64,000 bases of DNA from an uncultured Planctomycetota bacterium. GTDB taxonomy: Bacteria > Planctomycetota > Planctomycetia > Isosphaerales > Isosphaeraceae. The position numbers and the translations under genes are program-made. Within the stretch, counting starts at the first letter, position 1, and each line of letters starts with the position of its first letter. The stretch covers positions 896,001-960,000 of the forward strand of contig CAWGMQ010000011.1 of NCBI GenBank assembly GCA_963823665.1, given 5' to 3'. The notes under the pieces are model-generated. The model made no database searches. It worked only from the letters and a program-made list of their open reading frames with translations, and was not told where the DNA came from. Shown here one piece after another: positions 31,607 through 42,214 of this stretch.

Positions 31607-32350
31607 CTAGCTTCCGCGGCGACGGAACGATCGATTCGAGAGCAGCCGCGCGCGGGCAGGACGGCGCGGTCGGACGATGTCCCAGCCGCGCGCTCTGGCT
31701 AGCCGTAAAAGCCGTCCGCGGGGGTGCACCACGACCGCTCTGCCTACTCGTTCCAGCAAGCTGCGATCGCTCCAGTTGTCGGCGTAGGCGACGGCGTCTT
31801 GCATGTCGATCCCGTGGCTCGCGGCCCATTCCTCCGCCCAGTAACGCTTGCCGTCGCCATAGCAAGGTGGGCCCGACCCCATGCCGACCAGCCTGCCTCG
31901 TTCGTAAAGCACCGGGGTCGTGAGTGTGTCGCTGCATCCGAGATAGATGGCGAGGGGCTGAATCACGAGGCCGGGCGATGACGTGACCAGGACGATCGGC
32001 GTACCCGATCGGCGCAGGCTGGTGAGATGGTCGACAACCCCTTCGAAGAGCCTTGGCCGCACATATTCGGCGAAGTTTTCATAAGCGATGCGCTCGAGCT
32101 CGACCAAGGGAATCCGGGAGATGTATTTGAGGCCGATCGCGATCAATCGCCCGTAATCAAGCCGGCCGAATCGGTGCTGGAGCCCGTGGTACAGGCCCCG
32201 AAGGAAGAAAGAGCGGCGGATCCAGCCGCGGCGATAGAGGATTCGCGCGAACAAGAACGTGGTCGTCTGGGCGAGCAGTGTGCCATCGACATCCACGAAG
32301 GCCACCGCCGGCGGTCGCTCGAAGTCGGGCCAGGGAGACGGCGTCGTCAT
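31607..32350 (-). CDS. HAD-IB family hydrolase (SerB-like)
   Basis: FVDVDGTL, LVTSS, GK, AYADNWSD..LL..VG..VVV.P. ATG overlaps the upstream stop. Confidence 0.9.
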   Translation of the reverse strand: MTTPSPWPDFERPPAVAFVDVDGTLLAQTTTFLFARILYRRGWIRRSFFLRGLYHGLQHRFGRLDYGRLIAIGLKYISRIPLVELERIAYENFAEYVRPRLFEGVVDHLTSLRRSGTPIVLVTSSPGLVIQPLAIYLGCSDTLTTPVLYERGRLVGMGSGPPCYGDGKRYWAEEWAASHGIDMQDAVAYADNWSDRSLLERVGRAVVVHPRGRLLRLARARGWDIVRPRRPARARLLSNRSFRRRGS

Positions 32351-33745
32351 GGCGGCCCCTCCGCGCCTGAGGTGACGAATCGCCCGACATGGGCCGCGAG
32401 CTCGCGCGCTTTTCGAGCGTCGGCGGCCTCGGCAATCACCCGCACAATCGGCTCGGTGTTGCTGGCGCGCACGTGAACCCATCGGTCTTCCCACTCGAGG
32501 CGAAGCCCGTCGCGGCGATCGGCCCGGGCATCGGGCCATTCGTCCGCGATCCGGTCCCAGAGCGCGGAGATGGCGGCCGCCCCGCGGGGTGCAGCCGCCG
32601 TTGGCCTCGGCGGCGAGCGGAAATTGCTCCTTGACCATCGCGTAGCGCGGCAAGCCGGCAACGAGGCTCGAGGGCGGCTGATCGGTGGCTGCCATCAAGT
32701 CGAGCACCATCGCCATACCCACGAAACTGTCGCGCACGTAGCCCACTCGCGGATCGATGACTCCGCCGTTTCCTTCGCCGCCCAAGAGCGCGCTCACGTC
32801 AACCATCCGCTGCACCACGTTGATCTCTCCCACCGGCGTTCGGAAGACGGCGCAGCCGGCCGCGCGGGCCAGCATCTCGGTGACCCTCGAGGTCGAGAGG
32901 TTCAAGATCACCGGGCCTTTATCTTGCGCGAGGCGGCGCGTTGCCGCGAGCGCCAGCGTCAGCTCTTCGCCGATGTAGCGGCCCTTTTCGTCAATGATCG
33001 CCAAGCGGTCGGCGTCCGGGTCGAGTGCGAAGCCGACCGAGCCCTCCACCGCGGGCACGATCGCCCCGAATTCGTGCAGGTTCACCTCGGTGGGCTCCGG
33101 CGCGTGGTCGTAGCGCCCGTCGGGTGCTCCGCCCAACAACAGGACGCGGCATCCAAGAGCCTCGAGGAGCGATCTTCCCAACCGCCCGCCCGCACCGTGG
33201 CAAGCGTCCAGCACGACCTTGAAGCCGCGATTCTTGATCGCGGCGCAATCGACGATCGAGAGCACCGCCGCCAGATGCCCGCGATCGGGGTCTTCGATCA
33301 CGCGCCGGCGGCCCAGCGCTTCCCAGCCGGCCCAGCGAAACTCGCGCTTCTGCCAGCGGTCGAGCATCGCCTGGCCCTGCGGAGAGCTCAGCACCATGCC
33401 CGCCGGCTGAAAGAACTTGAGTCCGTTGTACTGCGCCGGATTGTGCGAAGCCGAAATCTGAATGCCCCCGGCGGCCTCCCGCTCACGGACCAGCCAGCCG
33501 ATCGTGGGCGTGGCGGCCGGCCCGGCGCAGAGGACATCGTGCCCCGTCGCCATCACGCTCGACTCGACGGCGGCCGAGAAAACGGCGGACGAGACTCGCC
33601 CATCATGGCCGAGCACGATCGGCCCCGCCTCGCAGCCGCCGGCGTATGCCGCCGCAAACTCGACCGCAACCGACGGATCGAGCCCGTCGCCGACCACACC
33701 TCGCAGACCCGAGATGCTGGCGATCCTGGTTCCAGATCCAGCCAA
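32347..33745 (-). CDS. Alpha-D-phosphohexomutase (phosphoglucosamine/phosphomannomutase family; frameshift near 32585)
   Basis: SISGLRG, GHDGRVS, SASHNP..YNGLK, DPDADRL, GEGNGG, then in a second frame DGLRL..HVRASNTEPIVRVIAEA. Confidence 0.92.
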
Positions 33746-33903
33746 CTCCCTACTCCCTTGGGGAGCTCCCCCCGCACGAGCTTCTCGTCACTCCGCCCCA
33801 CGCACGCCCCTTGGTAGTCTTCCTCCCCTTAAATTAGAGTAGTTACGCATTCTTTGGAAGTAGGCAGTTCAATCGAGCACCAGGCGTCGGGTCAATCGCG
33901 GCC

Positions 33904-33942
33904 TTGACATCGATAACACTGTTAACTAAGATAACGGCGTTC
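33904..33942 (+). promoter_or_regulatory. Sigma70 promoter with tandem palindromic operators upstream of tetR
   Basis: TTGACA (33904-33909), 17 bp, TAAGAT (33927-33932). Palindrome TAACACTGTTA (33914-33924) and degenerate TAACGGCGTTC (33932-33942). Confidence 0.75.
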
Positions 33943-33960
33943 ATGAAGGGAGCGTTGGGG

Positions 33961-34620
33961 ATGAAGTCGGCGACGAGGAGGAAGCAGCAACAAGACGAGC
34001 TTCGCGCGAAGATACTCGATGCGGCACGCGAGTTATTCGTGGCGCACGGGGTGGAGGCGGTCACCATGAGGAAGGTCGCGGACAAGATCGGGTACACGGC
34101 CACCACGCTGTACAACCACTTCGAAGACAAGGACGCGCTGTTGCGCGCGCTGTGCGACGCCGATTTCGGCGCGCTGCACGACTCATTCAGCCATATCGGC
34201 CGAATCGCCGACCCGATCGAGCGGCTGCGCAAGCTCGGCCAGGCCTACATCGCGTTTGCACTCGAGTATCCCAGCCACTACCGCTTCATGTTCATGACGC
34301 CGCATCCGCACCGTAATAAAGACGAGTGCGAAGAGAGCGGACAGGGCGACCCGGATCAGGACGCGTATGCATTCGTGCGCGCGACTCTGGTCGAAGCATT
34401 CGCGGCCGGGCTGTTTCGGGACGATTACCAGGATCCGGACTTGCTTTCGCAGGTATTCTGGAGCGGCGTGCACGGCGTGGCGGCCTTGCATCTGATCATG
34501 GGCGACGACGGCTGGGTGCAGTGGCGACCGGTCGAAGAGGTTGCACGAACGGCCATCGAGCTGATCATTCGCGGCCTGGTTCGTAACGGTCGCGGCCACA
34601 AGGGGAAGAACGGTGGGTGA
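33961..34620 (+). CDS. TetR/AcrR-family regulator (WHG-like C-terminus)
   Basis: ILDAARELF..G..AVTMRKVADKIGYTATTLYNHFEDK, FWSGVHG. Confidence 0.93.
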   Translation: MKSATRRKQQQDELRAKILDAARELFVAHGVEAVTMRKVADKIGYTATTLYNHFEDKDALLRALCDADFGALHDSFSHIGRIADPIERLRKLGQAYIAFALEYPSHYRFMFMTPHPHRNKDECEESGQGDPDQDAYAFVRATLVEAFAAGLFRDDYQDPDLLSQVFWSGVHGVAALHLIMGDDGWVQWRPVEEVARTAIELIIRGLVRNGRGHKGKNGG

Positions 34621-35000
34621 ACTCTGAGCGCGAACCAAAGGGCCCCTGGAAATGTCCGGGGGCTACCACAAATGCACGATCATGCGACCCGGGCGGGCGG
34701 CACCGGAGAGTGCGGTGCTCCACGCACGGGCCAATCGCCGTCCCGGCAACGCGAAAAGCCATTTAGACCGGTTCAAGCTCGACAATAAATCGCTCGAGAT
34801 TTCTGCCGCTAACGCCGACCTTCGTCCGACAAGGCACAGTGATGTTCTTGCTTATAAAGTGAGGTTATGAACACATTTTGCAGAGCTATAGAGATGCTGA
34901 TCAATAATCTCTGCTGAGTGTCGAAGAAGAGATAACGGGCATCGATCCGGTTGTAGCCCGGGTTAGCCGGCGGCAGTCCTCTGTACGAGAAGGAATCGCC

Positions 35001-36083
35001 ATGTTTGCAATCTCGACTGCGTCGCAGGGTGGTCGAACATCGGGTGGAGTGTGGCGAGGGCGCGTCGAGCGGCGGCACGTGGTCCGGGTGGCGTTCCTCA
35101 CGTGGCCATTGATCCTTTGCTTGATGGCGACGGTTGCCGCGGCGGCGTGTTTGATCGGCGATTGCCCCATTGGCGCCTCGATCAAGGCCAGGGAGAAGCT
35201 CGTGGGGCACACCGGAACCGTGGCGTCTGTCGCATTTTGCGCCGGCGGTGAGCTGCTTTCCTCGGTTGGTATGGACGGGTCGATCGTGATCTGGGGCCCG
35301 ACCGGGTGCATCGAGCATCCGTTCTTGCCGGACGGGCCCGGGCAGGTTCGCGCGGCGGCATTCAGCTTTGATAACCGCGTTCTGGCGACCGGCAACCTGA
35401 ATGAGCCCGTGGCGCTGCACGACATCGTGGGCCGCACGTCGCGTGGTCTCGACGATCGCGCGGAGTCGACCATCGCCGCGGCCTGCGTGGCATTTGCTCC
35501 CGATGGTGCCATCCTGGCCGTGGGTCAGCAGGACGGTCGGATTTCGCTGTGGGATGCCCGGACAACGTGCCAGTGCGGAGCGCTCGAGGGGCACGCCGAT
35601 TTCGTCACCGCACTGGCGTTTTCGCGGGATGGGACCACTTTGGTTTCTTCTTCCGGCGACCGCACTGTGCGAGTCTGGAACGTGACAAACGGGCGCGAGC
35701 GGTTGTCGATTCCAGGCGGGGATCGCACGTTCGGCACTCTATCGGTCTCGCCGGATGGCCGGTTTCTGGCGCTCGGCGACCGAGTAAGCCCCGTGGTTCG
35801 ACTCTGGGACTTGACGAGCGGACAGGAGAACGACTCGCTGTTTGGCGCCAAAGGAGCAGTCGTGGCGCTGGCCGTCAGCCCGGATGGTACGACACTCGCG
35901 GCAGCCGACTTGCAGGGGTTCGTGACCTTCTGGGACGTCCCTTCACGCACGATCGGACCGAAACGCCTCAAGCACAGCGGAGTTCACACCCTCGCCTTCG
36001 CACCTGACGGCCACGCTCTGGCAACGGGCGGATTCGACGGTACGATTCACATCTGGGACTTTCCCCTCACGTCCGTGGAATGA
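35001..36083 (+). CDS. WD40-repeat protein with N-terminal TM/signal segment
   Basis: AAGGA RBS, about 7 GH..V..AF.PDG..WD repeats. Confidence 0.9.
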   Translation: MFAISTASQGGRTSGGVWRGRVERRHVVRVAFLTWPLILCLMATVAAAACLIGDCPIGASIKAREKLVGHTGTVASVAFCAGGELLSSVGMDGSIVIWGPTGCIEHPFLPDGPGQVRAAAFSFDNRVLATGNLNEPVALHDIVGRTSRGLDDRAESTIAAACVAFAPDGAILAVGQQDGRISLWDARTTCQCGALEGHADFVTALAFSRDGTTLVSSSGDRTVRVWNVTNGRERLSIPGGDRTFGTLSVSPDGRFLALGDRVSPVVRLWDLTSGQENDSLFGAKGAVVALAVSPDGTTLAAADLQGFVTFWDVPSRTIGPKRLKHSGVHTLAFAPDGHALATGGFDGTIHIWDFPLTSVE

Positions 36084-36134
36084 ACGGGACGGACGCCGGG
36101 CCCTCGAATGCCCGGGAATAGATCGCATGCCGCG

Positions 36135-36362
36135 TCAGCCGCGATCGAATCGAGTCAGGATTGCTTCGATGCTCTCGGTGTGTACCGTCAGCAGATCATT
36201 TCGAGAGGCCTGCCTCGCTCGCGTGAAATCTCGACTCCGTCGCAGCCCGCGCGCGATCAGTGCGTCATGGATGCGACGATACTTCCGGCTGTCGAAGGGA
36301 TGCAACCGCTCCAGCCCAAACGCCGTGATGTTGTAAGCCGGATGGTAGACGATGGGGATCAT
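36135..36362 (-). pseudogene. N-terminal fragment of a histone deacetylase-family protein
   Basis: PIVYHPAYNITAFGLERLHPFDSRKY..DLLTVHT, then similarity ends after ~65 aa. No catalytic core. Confidence 0.75.
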
Positions 36363-36443
36363 GGATCGTGAACACTCATGAGTGCAAACCAAGTGCACGC
36401 GAAAGACCGTAACGGAACACCGACAGGGTTTTTTCTTTTTTCT

Positions 36444-36470
36444 TGTCCCCGGCGCCAAATCTCGTTCGTC
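36444..36470 (+). promoter_or_regulatory. Candidate ECF42-type promoter
   Basis: TGTC(CC)-17 bp-CGTC about 100 bp upstream of the YciI gene, resembling the TGTCG../CGTC ECF42 consensus. Confidence 0.5.
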
Positions 36471-36567
36471 ATGCAGGCAGAACGCCGGTTGCATCGGGCA
36501 ACCTGCTTCACGCAGCCCAACACGCGAACTATCAAGTAACGTTTTCGCTCATGAAAGGAGCCTGTCG

Positions 36568-36912
36568 ATGGCCAATTTCCTGTTTGTGTACCGCGGCAAT
36601 CCCGAGGCGGACGCCAAGATGACGCCCGACGAGATGCAGAAGGTCATGCAGAAATGGACCGATTGGATCGGCGAGGGATTCGCGAAGGGCTGGCTCGTTA
36701 ACGCCGGCGACGCCCTCACGATGGAAGGAAAGGTCGTGCACTCAAACAAGGTCGTTACCGACGGACCGTTCGTTGAATCCAAGGAGATCGTCGGCGGATA
36801 CTCGATTGTGCAGGCGGACACGATTGAAGGTGCAGCCGAGCTGGCCAAGGGTTGTCCCGGGCTCTTGAATGGCGGTAAAGTCGAGGTTCGCGCTCTCGCC
36901 GGGCTCGCGTAG
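36568..36912 (+). CDS. YciI/DGPF-family protein
   Basis: AAGGAG RBS, VTDGPFVESKEIVGGY..A.ELAKGCP..VEVR. Confidence 0.92.
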   Translation: MANFLFVYRGNPEADAKMTPDEMQKVMQKWTDWIGEGFAKGWLVNAGDALTMEGKVVHSNKVVTDGPFVESKEIVGGYSIVQADTIEGAAELAKGCPGLLNGGKVEVRALAGLA

Positions 36913-36960
36913 CCCGACGGCTTTTACTTGCCTCGGCTTCACGCAAATTGCGACCAGACC

Positions 36961-38226
36961 ATGACCACCGAACAGCCGGGACCGGTCGCTCCGCTCGTGG
37001 AGCACTTTTTCCGCCGCGAGGCGGGGCGGCTGGTCTCCATTCTCACGCGATTTTTCGGGTGGCGCAACTTCGATCTGGTGGAGGAAATGGTCCAGGCTAC
37101 GCTGGTCGACGCCTTGCAGTCATGGCGCGCGCAGGGGATACCGGAAAACCCCTCGGCCTGGGTTCACCGGGTTGCAAAGAACAAGGTTCTCGATTCGCTG
37201 AGGCGCACCGAGATCCAGCGGCGCGTGACGCGGGAATGGGCCGCCAATCGGCCCGCGTCGCGCGACGGGATCGACGACCTCTTCCTCGACACCGCGATCG
37301 AAGATAGCCAGCTCCGCATGATCTTCGCCTGTTGCCATCCGTCGCTCTCTCGTGAAAATCAGATTGCCCTGACACTCAAGAGCCTTTGCGGGTTTGGCGT
37401 CTCCGAGATCGCTCGAGCGCCTCTTGTCGGGGAAGAAACCGTCAAGAAGCGGCTTCAGCGCGCCACGCTTCTTCTGGTCGAAGAGCACGTGCGCCTCGAG
37501 CCTCCCGAGCGCAGCCACTTGATCGAGCGGCTCGGCGTGGTGCACCAGGTCCTGTACTTGATCTTCAATGAAGGCTATAGCTGCTCCAAAGGCGAAGCAG
37601 CCATCCGCACCGATCTCTGCGAGGATGCTGCGCACCTTTGCTTCATGCTGTGCTCGCATCCTGATTTCAGCACGCCAACGACGCGCGCGCTCATGGCCCT
37701 TTTCCTCTTTCACGCCGCCCGCCTGGACGCCCGCATCGACGATCGCGGCTTCATTCTGCTCATGAAGGATCAGGACCGCAGCAAGTGGGACCACCGCTTG
37801 ATTCGCCGCGCGGAGCAGTTCCTCGACGACTCGGCCGAAGGGACGACGATCTCCCCCTACCACCTCGAGGCGGGGATCGCGTTTCATCACTGTACGGCCC
37901 AGAGTTATGACGATACGAACTGGCCGGAGATCCTCTTCCTCTACGACAAGCTGATTGCGATTGCGCCTTCGCCGGTTTACATGCTGAACCGGGCAATTGT
38001 CGTGGCGGAAATCGATGGTCCGCCCGCGGGGATCCGCGCCCTTCGAGAAGCCGGCAAAGATCAGTCGCTCAAGAATTATCACCTCTTCGACGCCACACTC
38101 GGCGAGTTCTATCGCCGCGCGGGTGATTACAAACGAGCCAGGCAGTACTATGAGGCGGCCAAGGAGAAGACTCGTTCTCCGTACGACCGCGCCATCATCG
38201 ACGCCCGGTTGGCGGGGTGTTCCTGA
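36961..38226 (+). CDS. ECF42-type sigma factor with C-terminal TPR extension
   Basis: GIPENPSAW, D..LRMIFACCHP.L, VLYLIFNEGY, QDRSKWD, Y.LEAGIA..H, LNRAI. Confidence 0.92.
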   Translation: MTTEQPGPVAPLVEHFFRREAGRLVSILTRFFGWRNFDLVEEMVQATLVDALQSWRAQGIPENPSAWVHRVAKNKVLDSLRRTEIQRRVTREWAANRPASRDGIDDLFLDTAIEDSQLRMIFACCHPSLSRENQIALTLKSLCGFGVSEIARAPLVGEETVKKRLQRATLLLVEEHVRLEPPERSHLIERLGVVHQVLYLIFNEGYSCSKGEAAIRTDLCEDAAHLCFMLCSHPDFSTPTTRALMALFLFHAARLDARIDDRGFILLMKDQDRSKWDHRLIRRAEQFLDDSAEGTTISPYHLEAGIAFHHCTAQSYDDTNWPEILFLYDKLIAIAPSPVYMLNRAIVVAEIDGPPAGIRALREAGKDQSLKNYHLFDATLGEFYRRAGDYKRARQYYEAAKEKTRSPYDRAIIDARLAGCS

Positions 38227-38250
38227 AGAGGCACGCTGTGGTCGTGGGCC

Positions 38251-40296
38251 CTATCCGGCACTCACTCCGTGGCGCTTCAGTGCCTCGAACAGCGGGCCGA
38301 GGTGGGGCTCGTATTTGCGCCAGATGCCGGCGGATTGGGTATAAACAGGCTGGCGCACCTGCACGAGGCTGGGCGTGCGCACGACGCGCCGGTTCAAATG
38401 GAAGTCGAGGCAGGCTCTATTCCACTCAAGACCAAGGAATTCGATCAAGCGGCGCGACTGGGCTTCCGGGTCTGCCACGAGAAGCTCGTATTGAAGGTCA
38501 AGCCACTCGAGCGGCCGGGTGTCGCTCCAGTGCGCCACCAGGCGCTCAAAATCGGCGAAGAGCCGGGCAATGTGGTCGGGATTGCTGTTCCACGGTACCT
38601 GCGGCAGGGTCGTGCGCCAGCACGAGACGGCCACGTCGCGCAGATCTCGGCGGCAGAGAATCACGCGTGCTCCGGGCCACAAGAGCGCGATCAATCCCAG
38701 GAACTGAATATTCTCGGGATTCTTGTCGACCACGCGCAGGGCGGTGGCGGGAGCAAGTGAGCTGAGCCGGTCGAGATACTGTTGTGCTGCCGCGCGCGAA
38801 GTGGCCGGATCGAGCGCTCTCAAGGTGCTCCATGCGTCCAAGGACGGTTGCTGGGCCATTGCGGGCAACGCGTAAAAGATACGTTGTACTTCAGCCAGCT
38901 CGCCGGCACCGTGCACTTCCGGATGTGAGGCGATGATCTGCTCGGCGAGCGTCGTGCCCGATCGCGGTAGACCGACGATGAAGACCGGCCGCGGATCGGC
39001 GAAAACCCAGCCACGCCTCTGGGCAACGAAGTCGGCCGTGAATACTTGTCTGATCTGCTCGATCAAGCGAGTGTAGACATCCGGATCATACGCCAGGCTG
39101 CGCGAGGCTTTCGCGGCGGAATGAAACGCGTGAGCCTGGTCCAGACGGGCGGCTGCGAGGTCGAACCGACCGCGGTGCTCCATGGCCGCGGCCAGCGCGA
39201 ATCCCAGGAGGGCGCGGTCGTCGTTCGAGAGCGACCCGAGGGATAGAGCTCCTCCATCGTCCGGAGCTCGCCGTCGCTCACCTGGCCTTTGAGATTGGTG
39301 GCGAGCCGCCAGAAGGCCTCCGCGTGCCGGGGATCAATTGCGATTGCTGTTCGGGAAGCCTGGCAGCTCGTTTCGAGATCGCCGTGTTCAGCGTGGATCC
39401 GGGCCAGGCCACTCCAGGCGGCGGCCAGCCCCGGATCGAGCCGAACCGCTGCGCGGAACGAAGTCTCCGCCGCATCAAGCAGGCCCTGTTGCAACTGCGC
39501 CATGCCGCGGACGTGCTCAGCCTTGCCTGCGCGAGAACCTGCAAGCGCGGCGTCCGCGCCCGCTTCCAGATCTCGCGATTGGTTGCCGCCGGCTCGTGCA
39601 AAACAGGCTCGGGCCTCATCGTATCGTCCGGCGAGGCGGAGAATGTTGCCGAGGATCTTGTGAGCGCTCGTCACCTGTGGAGCCAGAGCGATTGCGCGCC
39701 GGCAGAGTTCTTCGGCCTCGCCGAGAAAGGCCGGGTCGTTGCGCTCGCAGAGGGACCAGGCGAGGTTCATCAGCGTCAAAGGATTATGCGGCTCGATACG
39801 CAGTCCCGCGCAGCGTCTCGGCGGCCTCAGCCGGTCGGCCCTGCGCGGAGAGGGCGTTTCCCAGGTTGATGTAAGCTGCGGTGAGCCGCGGCGACAGCCT
39901 GATGGCCTCGCGGCAGCAGGCCTCGGATTCGGCGAATCGACCTTCGGCGTAGGCCAGCAGCGCCAGGCTATTCCAGGCATGCGGGAGCGATCCGTCCAGC
40001 TCGGTGGCGCGGCGCAGATGCGGGCGAGCCTCATCAGGCCGGCCGGTCGATCGCAACGCTTCGCCCAGGTTGGCATGAAAGCGGGCAGATTGCGGGCAGA
40101 TTGCGACACCTCGCGCGAACAGCTCCGCAGCCTCCGTGGCCCGTCCCTGTTGAAAAACCAGAACGCCCAGGCCTTCCAGAGCTTCTGCCGTGTCGGGCCG
40201 GTCGCGGAGCACTTCTCGATAGAGTGCCTCTGCCTCGGCCACGCGCCCGCGCAACTGAAGCGACTTCGCCAGCATCGCCTTGCCGTCGTCGGTCAT
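38251..40296 (-). CDS. TPR-containing sulfotransferase (frameshifts near 39805 and 39240)
   Basis: Multiple TPRs, PVFIVGLPRSGTTLAEQIIASHP, DKNPEN, RRD.RDVAVS, QYE.LVADPE, V.TPS..QVRQP. Confidence 0.9.
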
Positions 40297-41225
40297 TTTC
40301 GTGCACTCGGCTTCAAGAGCAGTCGCTGGTCTTGCAGCCATTTGACGCAGAGCTGCGTCCAGCTCGAGGGGAGCTTGTCGTTCTGGCGAACGCCGAAGTC
40401 GTGGTCGCCGTTTGCGAAGATGTGCAGCTCGGCCGGAACTTGGCGCGCTTGAGCGCGAGGTACATGATCGCACTGTTCTCGGGGGGCGAGCCGCCGTAAC
40501 TTGGGTTGTCGTCGGACGCGTGCGCCAGGAAAATCGGGGGCGTGCCGGCTGGTATTTCGATTCCCGGCGCAAGCTCATTCTTATCCTTGGCCTTCAAATA
40601 GCCCGAATAGCAGCCGATCGCGAAGTCGGGCCGGCAACTGACCTGATCGACGGCGTCGATCGGATCATACTTTCGCTTGGTGAAGCCGGTTGCAGTGGCC
40701 AGGGCGAGGTGCCCGCCGGCCGAGAAGCCGACCATGCCGATTCGCGTGGGATCGATACGCCACTCAGCGGCGCGGCTACGAACCAGACTCACCGCCCGCT
40801 GCGCGTCGAGCTGTGGGCCGGGTGCCGGCTCGGTGCGGACCTCGCCCGGCCGCCGAGGACAGCGGTACTTGAGGATGATCCCGGTCATCCCCACCGAGTT
40901 GAGCCAGGCGGCCACCTCTTCGCCCTCGAGCTCCCAGTAGAGATCCCAGTAACCGCCTCCGGGACAGATAATCATCGCGGTTCCGGTGTTCTTCTCGCGG
41001 GGAGGCGAGTACACCGTGATACTCGGCCTCGTCACGTTGGAGATCAGCTTGGTGGGGCCCACCAGCGGCGACTGATGAATGCGGCTGGTCTCCTGCGCCG
41101 TTGATTCCAACATCTCCCGGCACTTTTCCCGGCCAGAGCTCGATGACGAGCGGATCTGCCGCGAATGCCGGCACGGGTGTACTCAGAAAAATGCAGACAC
41201 CGAGAACGTAATGAATTGCATACAT
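40293..41225 (-). CDS. Secreted alpha/beta hydrolase (esterase type; frameshifts near 41105 and 40440)
   Basis: Signal peptide then LWPG..PG, PGGGY, LKYR, GFSAGGHL, RPDF, PPIFLAH, ELHIF..G.H.FG. Confidence 0.88.
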
Positions 41226-41445
41226 GAAAATTACTGCCTCACGCTTCGACCTGTCCGTCAGGATTGACATCTTTGGCGATCGCTAGCAAGATGACGCCCG
41301 GCATCACAGTGCGCCGTAGCTTAACAAAGTGTAACGACATTATCGAAGAGGCGTCTGGATCATGCGATGGCCGTGGTCGATAAAAGAGTTGGGATGCAAC
41401 GGATTGCGCGTTAAAATGCGCAGTGCTCGCACGATAGGAAGGCCC

Positions 41446-41823
41446 ATGCGTTCGGAAACGGGTTATCTCTCGACCTTCGTTCAGCTTTCGCTCTTGATCG
41501 CGTCGGCGATCCAGGGGCTGACGCCGGACGCGGATAACCTCGCGTCGACCAAGGCGCTTCAGGTCCTTTGCCAGATTCCCGGCGACGGCGGTTCGGCCAC
41601 CGATCAGACATTGCCATTGTGGGGCGAGGTTTGCGAAGGGCCGGGGAATCCGTCCGAGCAGGACATCGCACGAGTCCGGTGCCGGGCGGACGAGGTCGCT
41701 TCGAAATGTAACCCTGACGGCGCACCACTCGACGGATCATCGTTTGGGCGATCACTTGTGACTCGACAGCGCGGAGCTCCGCCTTGCGGGCTCACTCGAT
41801 CGCTGTGCCGCCCGCTCTGCTGA
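41446..41823 (+). CDS. Small hypothetical protein with N-terminal hydrophobic segment and C-terminal SLCRPLC
   Basis: AGGAAGG RBS, 125 codons, 7 Cys. Confidence 0.6.
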   Translation: MRSETGYLSTFVQLSLLIASAIQGLTPDADNLASTKALQVLCQIPGDGGSATDQTLPLWGEVCEGPGNPSEQDIARVRCRADEVASKCNPDGAPLDGSSFGRSLVTRQRGAPPCGLTRSLCRPLC

Positions 41824-42214
41824 GAGACGCAGCCTTTTGAACTTGCCGCGGGAGCTCGCGGTTCTGGACGCACGCCGCACGGCATTCCACGTCTCTGGCA
41901 TGCTGGACTTGGTCGCGCTCTACTGATCGCGCGATTCGAGACAGGGGATCGCCGTAATCGCCGCACGAGAGCGCCAGAGTCTCAGCACAGAGCGAGCGCG
42001 TTCGCCGTGCTTCGGCGCAGCCGCGCTGCCGGTGCGCGAACCGGATGCATTCCGATCGCGGACCGGGTGATCTCCTGCGCCCTCAAAAACTGCGCCAAAT
42101 TCGCCGGCTTGAGCACTTGCACGCGTCGAGCGGACGTGTGCCGTTGTGCCGGTATGCCGATTTTCGGTGGCCAACTCGACTTCTGCCAATTCCTGAGGCA
42201 AGGGAGTGTGTGCT

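Noticed and set aside
31607..33745. Apparent phosphohexomutase-HAD fusion (712 aa)
   Set aside because: Created by a frameshift near 32585. The mutase C-terminus is in another frame and its stop overlaps the HAD ATG.
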